A stretch of 64,000 nucleotides of DNA. Source: the human T2T-CHM13v2.0 reference genome, Homo sapiens. Location of the stretch: assembly GCF_009914755.1 (NCBI RefSeq), contig NC_060947.1. One strand, given 5' to 3'. This document shows positions 26,611 to 41,359 of the stretch, one piece after another (position 1 is the first letter of the stretch; each line of letters starts with the position of its first letter). The notes beneath the pieces are model-generated. The model did no database searches and was not told the origin of the DNA. It saw nothing but the letters and a program-made list of their open reading frames with translations. Position numbers and translations under genes: made by a program.

Positions 26611-27623
26611 TAAAACTGAATTACCATTTGACCCAGCAATCTCATTATTGGGTATATACCCCAAGGAATATGAATCATTCTACCATAACAACACATGCAT
26701 GTGTATAATCATTGTAGCACTATTCAAATAGCAAAGACATGGAATCAACCTAAATTCCCATCAATGATAGACTGGATAATGAAAATGTGGTGCATATACA
26801 CCATAGAAAACTATGCAGCCATGAAAAAGAACAAGATTATGTACTTTGCGGTACCATGGATGAAGCTGGAGGCCATTATCCTTAGCAAACTAACACAGGA
26901 ACAGAAAACCAAATACTTAATTTCCCACTTATAAGTGGGAGCTAAATGATGAGAACACATGGACACAAAGAGGTGAACAACAGTCAATGGGGCCTAATTG
27001 AGGGTGGAGGGTGGAAGGAGGGAGAGGATCAGAAAAGCTACCTATCAGGTACTATGCTTATTACCTGGTTAACAAAATAATCTGTACACCAAACTCCCAT
27101 GACATGCAGTTTACCTATATAACAAATGTGCACATGTATCCCTGAACCTAAAATAAAAGTTAAAAAAATGCACCAGCAGGGACAAAGATATGAATGTGTG
27201 AGAGAATACATTATGTTTACAGAAGTGCAAGTAACTCATAATGGCTCAAGCACAGGGTGCCAGCAGAGAGTTTCAGGAGATGAGGCTGGAGACAGAGGAT
27301 AAGGGTCAGCCCCTGGGGGCCTTTTTGTGTAGCCTGTTAAGAAGTTTGCATTTGGTTTCTGAAGGAGAGTCACAGAAGAATTTTAAGCTGAAAGTGATAT
27401 GATCAAACTTGCATTTTAAAGCTCCAGCTGCTGTGGTTGGTTAAGACTGAGGGTAGAGTGGGAAGGGGTAGGGTAGAAGCAAAGAGGTTGGTTAGAAGAC
27501 ATTGCACTAATCCAGGTGAGGGATGATGATGGTTCACTAAGGCCACGGGGGAGGGAGAGAATGAACACCATGGTAGATAGGGACCTAGAGGCCAGATAAG
27601 CATAGAGTAGTGTGTTTATATAC

Positions 27624-27672
27624 CATACAACCACCCAAAGAACATACATACATACAACCACCCAAAGAACAT
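27624..27672. repeat. Tandem duplication with 27-bp period
   Basis: catacaaccacccaaagaacat at 27624 and 27651. Confidence 0.9.
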
Positions 27673-29016
27673 GACCTGTGCCAAATAGCACCAAGAATGT
27701 GGGCACTAGACTTTGTCAAGGCACTAGGCTTTTTGTGAATAACAAATGCACTTTGGAAAAGGCAAGAGTCTGTGGAGTCGCAATGGGGCAAAGCAGTCAA
27801 TTACTCTTTGTAGGAAATGAAGGAGTTAATAGTTGAAACAGTTAATGGACCACCTACAGTGCCTGAGGGCTTCCCCAGCAGGACCTGACCTGTCGCACTC
27901 AAGGTAAGAAGCAATCTTGGAGACCTATATGAGCTGACACAATAGAACTCTTCCAAAAGAGCTGTGACCTCGGCCATAAAGTCTGAGTGGTGGGCAACCC
28001 CGGTAAGTTCTCCTCTGGCATTTTGTTTTACATGATTGCTATATACTTTACAGATTCTAGTGTCCCAGTATTTGTTAGCCAAGCTTTATAGCCTCTCTAT
28101 ATATTCTCTGCATATGTGTACGTTTATATATGTTCCCAATTCCCCTCCACCCATTACTCTCCCTTTTAAAATTAAGAATTAATCTTAAGCTGTCTGTAAA
28201 TAAAGGACTTAATTTTGTCATCAACATTCAACAAGCATTTTGGAAATCAGCTTTTAATAATTTAACTACCATTCACTTCACTGTTGTAAAAATGCAGACA
28301 CTTTGTCAGACGTTCCCAGAGTTCCCTGGTAGAATGAAATCCAAAAGTGGACATAGAGAAATTAAGTAATGTAGACTTGCACAGTTAAATGTAGATTCAT
28401 TACAAGCTAAAGGAGGCCCTACATTTACAGACTAGATAAAATGTATTCAAGTGCACACTTTGTCTATGGATTCTGTGGGGAAAAAAATCTGGAAAGGTGC
28501 CATTTGACATGGATTCTAGAGCCAATTCACATAAATGTCAAGTAAAAGAAGCAGCAGGAAATAATACAAATAGGGTCTGATGAACTTTGTGTCCTTGGAT
28601 TGGTAAATCCATGTAGATCCACATTTCATTTTAAGAGTGGCTGGAAATGGCACCACTGTTTGATATCCTTCATTTTCCTTTATTCTTCTTTGCTAACCAT
28701 CCTTAGCTCTTGTCTCTGAGCTTTCATTTCTAAGCGGCAATTAGGAAATGCCTTGGTGGATCTTCTCCTTAACTTGTCTCTCTTTCTCATTTCCCTTCTC
28801 AGAACCACAGCATTGTCTCACTGTTCTGACCTTTTATTTATATATGGTACAAATTCTCTCATCTCTTTCAACTCTTTTATAGTCCATTTTTCCCCTTGGC
28901 AACAAGGGGCATCAAAAACTTTTCTATCTCCTAGGCCACCTTTTCAATCTTATCAACAAAAATAGGATAAAAATTACTCTTTATTGAGTGTCTATGATGG
29001 GTCAGGCACTCTTCTT

Positions 29017-29030
29017 TCTCTCTCTTTCTT

Positions 29031-29069
<39 letters not shown>

Positions 29070-29078
29070 TGCACACAC
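29017..29078. repeat. Compound (CT)n(CA)n microsatellite
   Basis: Seen directly. Confidence 0.95.
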
Positions 29079-31399
29079 ATGTTCCAGCTAGGGGTAGCAA
29101 ACACAAGATTTGAATGTAAGTCTCTTTGATTCCAAAGCCTATATGGTTTTTTTGTTTTTGCTAACATAGGCTCTTTAAAAAATAATAATAATAATTGCTT
29201 CTGAAATTCCTTCCTGTGACAATTTTCTGATGGAGGCTAGGGAGGAGGGTGAAAGTTGTGGCTGAGAAAAGAGAAAGTAATGAAAAGAAGATAGACACCA
29301 GAGCTGACACCCATCTTCAGGGCTTCTATACTATTTGTCTGGTTTAGATTTAGAAAGTGGTTAGCAAGAGCTTTCTTTCATTCACCGAACCAGCTGGGTA
29401 TCATACACAGTGTCATAAAACAATAGCAGACAGAGCATTAGCATGACATGTAACTACCCTCATGTTACAGAGTTCTCTGGGAAGATAGTATCTATGCCCT
29501 GCCTGTCAACCCTCTCAGTTGGTGCCCTTCAGCTACGCAGCACAATTGCCAAGCTTGGTCCTGCAGTCTTGGTTCACTGGCTCCTCTGAATGATTATGCC
29601 TGTTCTTGCCTTTGTACTCATCTTTAGCTCCTTGGCTCTGTCTGCCTTTCCTGTCAGAATGGAACAGGACAAGCCCAAACAGGATGGTTGGTAAAGAAAC
29701 TAGGCTGACTTATCTAGATTTACAGAGATTTAAATATATGGGGGAAAATGGGTCCCTGGGGGATGAGGAATAAGGGGTATGTGTGTGGATGGGGTAGGGA
29801 GAGGTTAGTTCCCAAAGAACAATGAGAGAGTCCAGTTTTTGGTGCGAGTGGCCAAGGACAGAGTGGGGTCACTAGCCAGGCAGAGTGGATGCTAAACTCC
29901 CAAACTGTGGATACCCTTGTCTGGGAGGCTGGACCAATTCCTGGAAACTAGGAAGCAACTGAGTACAAGTTGGGCATAAGAGGCCCCAGGTGTAGCAATT
30001 ATAGAGCTGCCTAGGCAGCAGGTTACATGAGTCATTATACTTTCTGGGCTCAAGTTTGCATGACCAGAATGGTACAGAAAATAAAGGGACAGCTTGGCAT
30101 CTACTTTTCTCCCAACCTTTGACCACAGACCAAACCAAGTTAATGCTCATTCACTTAGCCCTGGCTTTCCCTCCCATCCTAAGCCCAACATTTGAGCCCA
30201 ACTCAAAATCAAGCCTCGTGGTTTTTATTTGATGTCATTTTGAAATATTGCTCATTGAAAACAACCCCAGTTTATCAAAAGAGCTATGATAATAATTTCA
30301 GAGCCCTTTTTATAATTTCAGCTGTTTTTCTGCAGTTATTTTTAGAGCATTTTACCATACATGAACTCACATTATTCTCCTGATAGCTCTAAGAGATGGT
30401 GGCCAGGTATTACTAGTCTCCTTTCAATTAACAAGGATATAGGGGCTCAGAGAGGGTATGGCTTGCGTAAATGGTATAAACTCTGCCCCTTCTCACTGGA
30501 TAGTGGCTTCTGGACTTGCTCACAGATTCTATTTCAAAATTTCCTTAAAGTTAGCACACCACATACCTCCCACTGTGAACTTCTAGTGATTCATTTTCTG
30601 TCTTGTGTTCTGTAACTCCCTAATGCCTTGCAGAGGGAGATCTCAACACACAATTCTGCCACTTCCTCATTTTTCTCATACTGAGATGCTCTAAGATTTT
30701 ATTCATTCCAGTCCAAAGATACCTTGTTTTCCCCTTACAAATAGAGGGAATTTTCCTGGAAGGCCATCCAAGTGGATCCAAGGTGGTTTCAACTTACTTC
30801 AGAACAAGGTGAAGAGACAGACCCTGTGGTTTTCACAAATACATTCCAAAGAGCCCTTGGGCAGGGTGTCTGGATTGCTTTGGCTAATTGTTTCTGCTCA
30901 ATGGAAAAGCTTTTGTCCCTCTCCCTAGACCCATCCATTAGGGGAGCAAGAACTGAGAGCCTGGGAATAGTTCTTCAATGATTTGATCATAGGGTTTGCT
31001 CTCAAGCCAAATTCAATTGTAGGTTGTGAGACACTGTAACTTCAGAAGATGGAATTTGAATTTTAAATATATTTCCTACGGAATCTTGGACAGCATGAAG
31101 TTATGAATCCTTTAAATAAGGGGGAGAAGTAAGAGTCTTCCTTGTTACAAAACAAATGTATATACCCAATCCTGCAATATTTTGACACAGATGAGTTTCC
31201 CTCAAGAAGAGGACATCTGTAGAGGGGCTGATGGAAGTGCCAGAATTGTTTTCTCAGGGTTGACAATGCTGTCAACATTTATTTCCTACTGAGAAACAGA
31301 ACATGTTTCTGGTGGAGCTAGCCTGTTGTCAACGCTGACTGCTGGTTTTCCTGGTGCAGGGACTAGGATAAACTGCACTGTTCTTAATTTGTGAAAAGA

Positions 31400-31620
31400 A
31401 CACAGGCTTTGGAATCAGTCAAAGTTTTAAATCCTGGCTTAGCCATTTCCTAGATTTGTGATCCTGGGGCTAACCTAACCTCTCTGAGTCTCAGTTTCCC
31501 CATCTGTAATATTTGAATAATAATTATCTCAATTGTTGCTGTTTTGATGATTACATGGCAGACTATACATAAAATGCTTATCTAAGTGCCTGCCACATAG
31601 AAAAGAGTTCAATAAATTGT
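31400..31620 (+). mobile_element. MIR element
   Basis: ggctttggaatcag...aacctctctgagtctcagtttccccatctgtaa...gtgcctgccacatag. Confidence 0.75.
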
Positions 31621-32654
31621 ATTTTCTGTCAATATTACTACCACCACTACTAGCACTGAGTAAGTATTCAATTTATAGGCACTGAGTTAGGAAATCCTAG
31701 CCCACAAGAGATGAGATATCATTCTATGTAGGCTGAGGGCTAGTTCTTTGGCTAGTTGGTCAAGTATCAGATAATCGAAGCTTTCCTTAGGTGAAGCCTA
31801 TTATTTCTGTTTTTTTTTTTTTTTTTTTTTTGCATTTTACTGCTGTGCTCCCCAAAGCAAAATGATTGGCCCTATCCTGTTCTCTCTTTTTACCCTCTCA
31901 GCATTATTATGGCAGGGGAAGCTGTGTTGGTCAATGAACAGTGTGGAGCCACTGAAAGTTTTGGAGCAGGGAAGTAGCACAATGAAAATGGTGTTTTAGG
32001 ATGAGAAATGTGGTGGCACCACACCACATGGATAAGTGGACAGAGATTTGAAGCAGAAATATTGCTAAGGAGTCTGCGAAATAATCGAGACATCAGGTCA
32101 TAAGAGAAAGGAAAGGACTGCTGTATAAGTCACATGGAGATGGTTCACATGTCCAACAATGATAACAACAGCACACAGTGGGTATGCAGGATTAATGAGT
32201 GGGAAGTCAAAAATAGCACCAGGGTGTTGAACCCGGGAAGCATGATAATTCTATTGTCAGACAAAGAGATGGGAGGTGGAAATGCTTTTGATTTTTAGAT
32301 AGCTTGTATTTGTCACATATAAGCCATATACACAGGATTGTTTAGTAGGCATTATGGGTCTGACATCCAGAAGGAAGATCGGGGCTGGAGAGGTAGAGTT
32401 AAGAGCCTCCTTTGATAAGCCATATTCATCACCACCTCTGCCCCTTTGTTCATGCTTCCCTGACAGCCAGAAGTATCCATCTCCTTATCAATTTACATAT
32501 AGCCCTTCTTCAAGTTCCAGTTCTCCCAGGAATTCCTCCCTTAGCACCTTAGTCCCTAATGAGCTCTCTCCCATGAACTCCAATAGTTCCCATAATACTT
32601 ACTACCAGTATCTATTATGCATTTTGCATTTAAATAAGTTATTACCATTAACAT

Positions 32655-32910
32655 GGCATTAATGGTTCAGTGGTTAAAATTGTGGACTGTGGAGTCAGAT
32701 TGCTTGGGTTTAAATTCCAGTTCTATCATCTTACTAGCTGTGTGATCTTGGGCAGGTCACTAAACTTTTGTATGCCTCAGTTTCTTCATCTGCAAAATGG
32801 GGATAATAGTAATTGCCTCACAAGGTTGTTGTAAAGATTAAATTCGTTAATACAAGTAAAGCGATTAGAACAGTTGCCTGACACATAATAGGAGCTATAT
32901 AAGTATTTGT
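32655..32910 (+). mobile_element. MIR element
   Basis: ggagtcagattgcttgggtttaaattccag...gctgtgtgatcttgggcaggtcac...cctcagtttcttcatctgcaaaatggggataata. Confidence 0.85.
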
Positions 32911-33828
32911 AAATATATTTTTAAAATTTACATGTATACTGGTTACCCAAATAAATCATAAATTTCTTAGTGGCAGGGAATTCATCTTAACATCCCTTTT
33001 CTTCATAGCACCTAGCACTACTAAGTACTTTAGAGGGGTACTTTGCACATTCAGTTGTATGTAAACACAAGTCCCAAGCCAAGACTGGCTGATAAGACTC
33101 ATGTAGGGAAATATCACCATATACCATGCACTATGGGGTGCTCACTGGCACCCACTATACTGCTTGCTCCAATCATTTTCTAAGCAGGTTTTAGAAGAAT
33201 CAGATTGGAGGAGGAACTGGGGAAGTTTTTCTCTTCCCACAGCTCTGTCAAGGACACCACTTCCCTTTGGAGTTGCTGGTAGGGGAGCTAGGGGAGCTGA
33301 AGGAATGTCTAAGCTGTCTTGTTTCAGTGCTCTGTAGCACTGAAAGGCACCTAATTACTTGTGGGACTTTGCTCAAAGCAGCACAAAGGAAATGACACAG
33401 ACACCAACCCACCCCTTGCCTTTCCACCTCCCTAGCCTGGAGATGGGAGAAGGGGAAAAGAAGCCAAGAAGCAAGGACCATCCAACGTAGACCTTTGCAT
33501 TCACCAGACAGCACATCCCACATACTAACTACTGTGTGTCAGTGGGACACTGCGAATAATGCTTGTTGGGAAGTCAGGAGAGCGATGTTCTGGCTCTTGG
33601 GTGCTAAGTAATGTGTGACATGGAAGATCCCAAGATCCTAAACTTTGTATCTTAGTTCCCCAATGAAAAAAAAAGATAATTATCAATTTCCAACTTAATT
33701 CATAGTGCAATTATGAGGAACAACTGAGGTAATAGATTTGGAAATATTTTGCAAAGTGCATAGCATCTAATTCACGTAAAAAGATTGTTATCATGAATCT
33801 CTCTTAGCTAGAGAAGAAAGGTATTCTT

Positions 33829-34123
33829 GTGCTGTTTAAAACAGTAGCCAATAGTCACATGGCTGTTGAACATTTGAAGTGCGGCTAGTCAGAACTGAGA
33901 TACGTTGTAAGTGTAAAATACAACTCAATTTCAAAGAATGTGTAATTTATTACATTAATTATATGTTAAAATGATAATATCTTGAATGTATCATTATATG
34001 AAATATGTCAAAATTAATTTTGCCCATTTTTTAACTTTTTAAGATGTGGCTACTAGAAAATGTAAAATCACATACATGATTTACATTTATGGCTCACATT
34101 CTATTTCTATTGAGCAGAGCTGG
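33829..34123. mobile_element. hAT-Charlie MITE (MER33/MER3-like)
   Basis: gtagccaatagtcacatggctgttgaacatttgaagtgcggctagtc...gtggctactagaaaatgtaaaatcacata...tttctattgagcagagctg. Confidence 0.7.
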
Positions 34124-36761
34124 TCTAGACAGTCACTTTCAGGAAGGTCAGAATGACCAAGTCCCTCTATCTTAGGCAACCCAAAGCAGCCTACTAGTTT
34201 CAGAAAAGAAGGACCCTGGGATACAGGTCTTTCATGAACCCTGCTGTTTTGTGTCCCTTGACCTCCCCTTCTAAAGGCTGTATATTTTGTTAGAGAAGGC
34301 TTTCTTTCTTATGAATTTGGGAACGGAAAAGATCGGACTTTCAGAAATAGGTGCACATGAGTTGGGGGAAGGGGAATGGAGAACATTGGATTGCTACAAC
34401 AATGACTTACTGTTGAAGAATAGCAAACTAATTATCACATTACAATTCTCTCAGCCTACCAGGGTGGGTAATTAGCTTCCTTCGGGGGCTCCTTAAAAAA
34501 AAAGAAAGAAAGAGAAAGATTCCTTCCCAGCAACTAGCTATTTTGTCCTTTTAATTCAATTCAATTCAACTGGGGACAAAGTTACATAAAGGGAAAATTA
34601 ACACATTAATGGCTGAAATGGAAACAGAGAGAGACATGTCTTTCTTTAGTTCTGAAGCCAGGCTTACCTTCGCTCATCAAAATGGCAAGTCCGGGGTTAA
34701 TCAAAGTGTGGCACTGCATAAGCTTTTTTCAAATATCCCATAGGAGCCTCCTGGGCTCAGATTTTATCTTTTTTACCACAGTTCCATGGCCTGATTTAAA
34801 GACAGACATAGCTAATATGACTTGGATTCTAAGAGTCCATCAGTTCTGCCCGGTGAAAATGAGCTCCTTACAGAAATATTATATAGACAACAAAATCCTT
34901 ACTTAACTTGAGTTTAGGGCTTAGCAACAGACATTCCATTTGGGGCAAACTCAATATTGGCAGAAGTGAGGATTGAACTTGAAGGAAATAAAGTAGAAGG
35001 ATTTGATTTATTCATGGGGCAGAACAGGAAAGGGACAACTTAAGGTCTAAAGACTAAGGAATAAAGAATCAAATTATAGCACAAATTACAGACCAAATAG
35101 CATCAATTTACTAAACCTCAAGTCAGAATGAACCTAGCTATTAACTGAACCATGAATTTGACCATATAGATATAGATATAGATATCTAGCAAACTTGTTC
35201 AAACCAGAATCAAACCTGTATATTTTCCAATGAAGTAGAACATCAAAACATTCCTTAAACTGAACCTGAACCCAGCCAATGTTTCATTTGGTTAGAATTC
35301 CTGCTAAAGAGGAGCACTTTTGGTCTTTCTTTTGTCTTCAAAGGAAGACAATCTTCCATTGGTCTATCTTCCATAGACTTGGATTCTAAGAGTCTTTTGT
35401 TACTCAGGTTGAAAGAAGTTTTATAAATCTGTTCACAAGTTCCACATCCAAGACTGACTAACACAGGATGGAAACAGGGTGGTACTACCATGTCCTAGAA
35501 ATGAACAAAGCCTGTTTGCCCCACCTAACCTATTATCATTTGGTTAAGTGTATTTTAACCTCTACATGTCCCTGGCTAACAGCTAAAAAAAATTGACATT
35601 TTATGAAACAATTGTTACTTTTTAAATCTCAAATGTCTGTAAGGAGAAATTTATGCCATATGAAAAGTATGCACTGTCTATAGCTTATCATTCTGGTTAT
35701 CCGCTTTTGTTTCTGTGGGAGCTATTTTACAACTCTGTAAATTGTAAATAACTGATAACAATGGAAAATTATCCTTATCTATAGAGATTCAAATTCTGAA
35801 TTATCTAACGATGATATCGAATCTCAGAAAAGGCAAAAATCTTGCACAAATCACAAAGCTAGGAAGTGGCGTAGCTGGGACTTCTTAGAGAGTCATCTCC
35901 CTCTCCTCTTTCATATCTTACCAATCTCCTCGTCCCAGCTTGGAATGGTCCTGAGTGAGGTGGAAGTGGAGAGGGAAAATGGGTATAGCAAATCCAAACT
36001 TTAGCTAAGGTACTGTTTTGCCTGAGATCAGCTTTGCCCTTATGGAATGTTCACTGAATGGATGCCTTGGACTAGGCTTTAAACAAACTCCGATGAAATG
36101 GGCTTGGTTATGTTACAGCCCTTCAGGGTTGGAATCATGAGGAGGCTATAGACACATTATCTGAGATGAGCCCAAACATTCTGGCAATTGCCATAAAGAT
36201 TGTCTAGACTAGGGTTTGACTTCATTTATGTTCATGAACATCAGAATATAAATGAATATTCCAATTCTTTAAACTGAGAACACCATGTTAGATTGGTGGT
36301 AGGAAACAGAGGTTATTTGTAATTCTGCTATCTGCCAAGCAAATTCCCCTCATACACCCAAATTGGTTACTCTGTTTATCGTGTGGGTTGGAATAAATCC
36401 TCATTTCTTTTTTTCTTTTTTTTTAGTGAAGGAGTTATGAAAAAGCAAGAGCAGATCTTGCCTGCCAAAGCCTGGGTTGGGATCTCTTATATTGTAACTC
36501 CCTTCAATTTGACAAATATTCATTGAGTTCTAATATATTCACGTTATATCTCTGATATTTTAGAGTCACTGAGGTGCATATTTTGTAGAAGGGAAATTCT
36601 GTAGGTGGCATTCTGGAGATCAATGATTTGACATAGATTTAAACTGTGTAGTTATAGGTAGTTGTGTTCATGTGTGCTGGGTAACCAATTGGATGCAGTC
36701 TGCAAAGAGGATCTATTTACTTCAAGCTGATACCACCTGAGAATTTCTAACTGATGGGTTA

Positions 36762-37221
36762 TATGGTGGTTTAAAAACAGATCTACAAATTCTTCAACAC
36801 TCTTTCCTTTAATAAATAGAGTCTGGTTCCTCTCTCTTTGAATGTAGGTTGGACTTAGTGACTGCTTCCAATGAATATAATAAAGGAGAAGTGACAGTGT
36901 TGGCTATGGAGACTAGATCACAAAAGGCAATACATCTTGTTCTTTATTCATTCTCTTGGATCACAAACTAAGGTAGGAGATCTTGCCAACAGCCATATTG
37001 TAAGTGGATCCTACAGCCCCAGTTGAGCCTTCAGATGACTGCAGCCCCTACTAATATTTTAATGATACCCACATGAGAGACTCTGAGCCAGAACCACCTA
37101 GATAAAACACTCTAGAATTTCTTGCCCACCAAAACTGTGAGATAAAAAAAAAATGCCTTTTCTTTAAGCCACTAAGTTTTGGGGTAATGAATTTGTTTCA
37201 CAGCAGGATACAAGTAATACA
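36762..37221 (+). mobile_element. MaLR solo LTR (MLT1-type)
   Basis: gagccttcagatgactgcagcccc...gagagactctgagccagaaccacc...tttaagccactaagttttggggtaa...cagcag...taataca. Confidence 0.75.
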
Positions 37222-39080
37222 GGTTAGAAATCCCAGAAATAGCTACTGCTGTTTCTGAGAAATGATTAGCTAAGCAATTATTGCCAGACTTTATTAATCT
37301 TGACCAAGTGTTTTAAAGTGTATTTTTTGCAATTCTCTGCTTAAAAACTGTCAAATTTTATTCTCAGCCCAGGTGTTAAAACCTAGGTCTTTGTAGTTTC
37401 AGCAATATAAATTTGCTTAGATATAGATTTATGTGCTCTTCTGTACATTTGAACAAGATAGCATCAAGGCACATGTATTTTTTATTTCTTCAGCAAACAT
37501 TATCTAAATGCTTGATTGGTCTCTAGCACCATGTTGGGTAAAATAGGTACTGTTGTGCATCTATTTATTCACAAATATTACTGGAGCATCTACTAGGGGC
37601 CAGGCACTATGCTCTGCACTGATGATATGAAAATGAACCTACCACATTACCTTTGAGGGGCTCAGCATTTAATTGGGGAAGTAGACAGGTAAACACATAC
37701 TTGACAACACAGTGTGGTGAATATTACCCCAAAGATATGAATGGCATGCTATGGTATTGCAGAGACTGGAACAATTATCTCTATGTGAGGTCTTGAAGGA
37801 TGAATAGGAGTTTTCAAGCAAAAAAGGCTGATGGGTTAGAGGATGGCATTCCAGGTATGGGGGAACAGGGAGTGCAAAGACATGGAAGTACTAAAAGCCT
37901 GGGTTGCCTTTTCATACTTTAATTTCCTCAACCCAAGAATAAAGAGATGGCTGGTAATATGCATGCTCCTGGCAGTCTGATGCAGGCAGTACAGGCTATT
38001 CATCTTGGCACCAGCATTTCATAGCCATCAGGCTACTCATGATGCCCCAAACTGAAGGGCCCTTTTGTTTTCCCAAGGCTCTCAGACTGCAAGAATTCTC
38101 ATGATAAATTCTGAGCCTTGGGATGACAAATGTATAAGTATTTTGGACCATATAGTTTCCTTAGTGTGAAGAACCTCAAATTGTGCATAAATCTAAGCTT
38201 CTGAACTTGGACTTCTAAGGCCTTTTATTTTTGATATTTGTTATAAAAGAATGGAAGACATTGCCTCTTAGATCAGTGTCACTCAAACTGTGGGTCCAAG
38301 ACAAGATAGGGTTCACATCAGAATGCAAATCAACATACTGCTGCCTTCATCAATAAAATCAGGCTCTGAAAAAAAGGCAGCTGAGCTAAATGGTTTGCTT
38401 AATGGCATAGTTTATTTACATTTGGCACAAGCTCCTAATCTTGCCACAGACTGACTGGTAATAAATAGTTCATGGGTTGGCAGTGATCAATAGACGACAT
38501 GTTTTAGATAACTCACTATCCACTAAATAGAATCTTCTATGGCAAATCTCTTTGTTTTCTTTTAGAACCTGGTCTGTGCTTTACTTTCCGGTTGTGAGGT
38601 TTATACAATTTATCTTGTCCCCCTATTTATATGGCATATATATGTAGTGTACTTGTTTCCCTTTTTGTTTTGGCTTCTAATTACTTCAGAGTCAAATTTG
38701 AAGCTCAAGTGAGTCAACTATGTTGACACTTTGGGGTGTTGTTTTTTATATTCTTTTTCTTGATTCTGATTTTTAATTTCAGGTTTATGGTTAATTTGAT
38801 TATTCCATTGAATATGTTTTTGCCACATGATGTTGAAGATGATGAAAATGATGACAACCATGAAAATAAACATTACAGCAAGCATAGACAATGGGCCAGG
38901 CTTCTGGTTTGCATCCATTTGAATGGAATAATGGTTGTAGCTGTGCCTCCATGACTCCAAACAAGTTTGACTGTTTTAGTCCCTGAATTGATAGAATAGG
39001 GTTTCATGGAGACACAGTGGTGTTCATGAGGAACTGATTCCTCTGCATGCAGAAAGTATTGTCCTCCATAAATGAAGTCA

Positions 39081-39329
<249 letters not shown>

Positions 39330-41077
39330 TCACAGGCCAAAGGACCTAAATGGGTCAGGACTACAATGTGGTCCTTATTATTAGTAGGAGCCATGGTTCT
39401 GGGGAGGGAGGCATTAGGGAAACCTTCAAAAGCCACCTGGGCTAAGCTAGGTGTTTAAGCCCCTGAATTACGAAAACAAGGGCAAGAGTCCATAAACAGG
39501 TCAAGTAGGCAATTAAATAGTCAATTCAATCATTTATGGACAAGCTAGCTATGTCTCAGAATAGCACCTATTGATATAATGTTTAATTAATTTCCCTGAA
39601 TTAGAGATTAACAACTCAGAGGTTACAGCTACACAGATGAAACATCCATTGAGTAATTTGAAGGAGAGGTAGAGAGCTACCACTTACTATTACATGCCAC
39701 ACGTTGATAGACACATGATGGATATCATGTCACTTTATATAAATAAGCACTATGACCACCACCATCTTGCATTTATCAAGTTCTTTTCGATTTCCCATGT
39801 ATGTTATTGCCATCCCTTATGGGGGGTTAATGAATAAATGGGCCAGCAGTGACTCTGCCACTAAAAACTTAAGAAAGCTTGCTGGTGTGTGGGAGAGTCT
39901 GCCAAATGTTCTTGTATTTGCCCTAGCCTCAGTCTGACACCTTTGGAACACCCTTTCTATGCAGGTCACTCAGCATCCCCTTCTATGGTCATTTTGGGCA
40001 CTAATAGTGCTAATTTATTAGAAGGATTATTATTCTCATTTTGCTGATGAGAGTACAAAAAACTTAACCCCTTTGCCTAGGGCCACAAAACAAGAAATTA
40101 GTAAAACAAGGTCTAAAAGTCAAGTCCCCTGAGTTCCAGTTTAGTGCTCTTTCTACTACAGTTTTTCCAACCTTGTGCTGTGATGCACAAAGGGGAATCA
40201 AACAGCAGAGTAGAGGATATAGTCTCTCCTTTCCTTTAAACACTTTCTTGTTGCCTCCTACTTAAAGGTGCATTGAAATATAAATTAAACAGAAAGATTA
40301 GAGGAGCTTTTCTGGTAAATTGAATATTTTAGGAAACTGAGTTAAGCAGAAAGCCCCCTTTTGTTTGTTTCACTTCTTGTTTTGGTTGGTGACCTTTAGT
40401 GATCACTGTCCAGAGCTGAAGATACAGAAGGTATAGGAAATTGGACATAACCTGAGGTTTGTTTAGCTATTCTATAGTCATTGCTTCTTCCTAAAGGGAA
40501 CACAGCAGAAATGCCACCTCTTACAGGGTTCTTGTCACTTGAGTTGTTTATAAAGTCTATATTAGCAAAATTCCCTTTGATTTTTTTTCACACTTTGCTT
40601 CTCCTAAATGGGAAATATGCTCTGAATGTATCTTTCTATCAGCATCACATTCTACCCTTGTTGCTGCGTGAGCTAATTAACCTTTAATGTATACCTGGAG
40701 CTTGGACTCAAACCAAGGGAGATGGGAAGACGATTAGATCCTTCTTATTATTAACAACCCTCTGTAAACCTGAATCACAAGGCAGACGAATGGGGCAGCA
40801 AGTCTGATGGTGTGAAAAGGGTTTGACACTAAGAATACTGTGGAAAAATCTCTCTAAATTGGAACCATAATCACAAGCTAAATAGTTGGAGGACGTTGAA
40901 TGGAGAAAAAAGGATATGTACAATATCCAAGTTCTGACTGAAAATATTCCTTCCTGTGGTCTGATTGTGCCTGTTATCCCATGTGACACAATATATGGTT
41001 CAAGAAATATGGTCACTATTGGGGCAGATAGTGAGTTTTATTGAGTTTGGAGCCTGGGACTCTGGGATATCCAGTCA

Positions 41078-41359
<282 letters not shown>

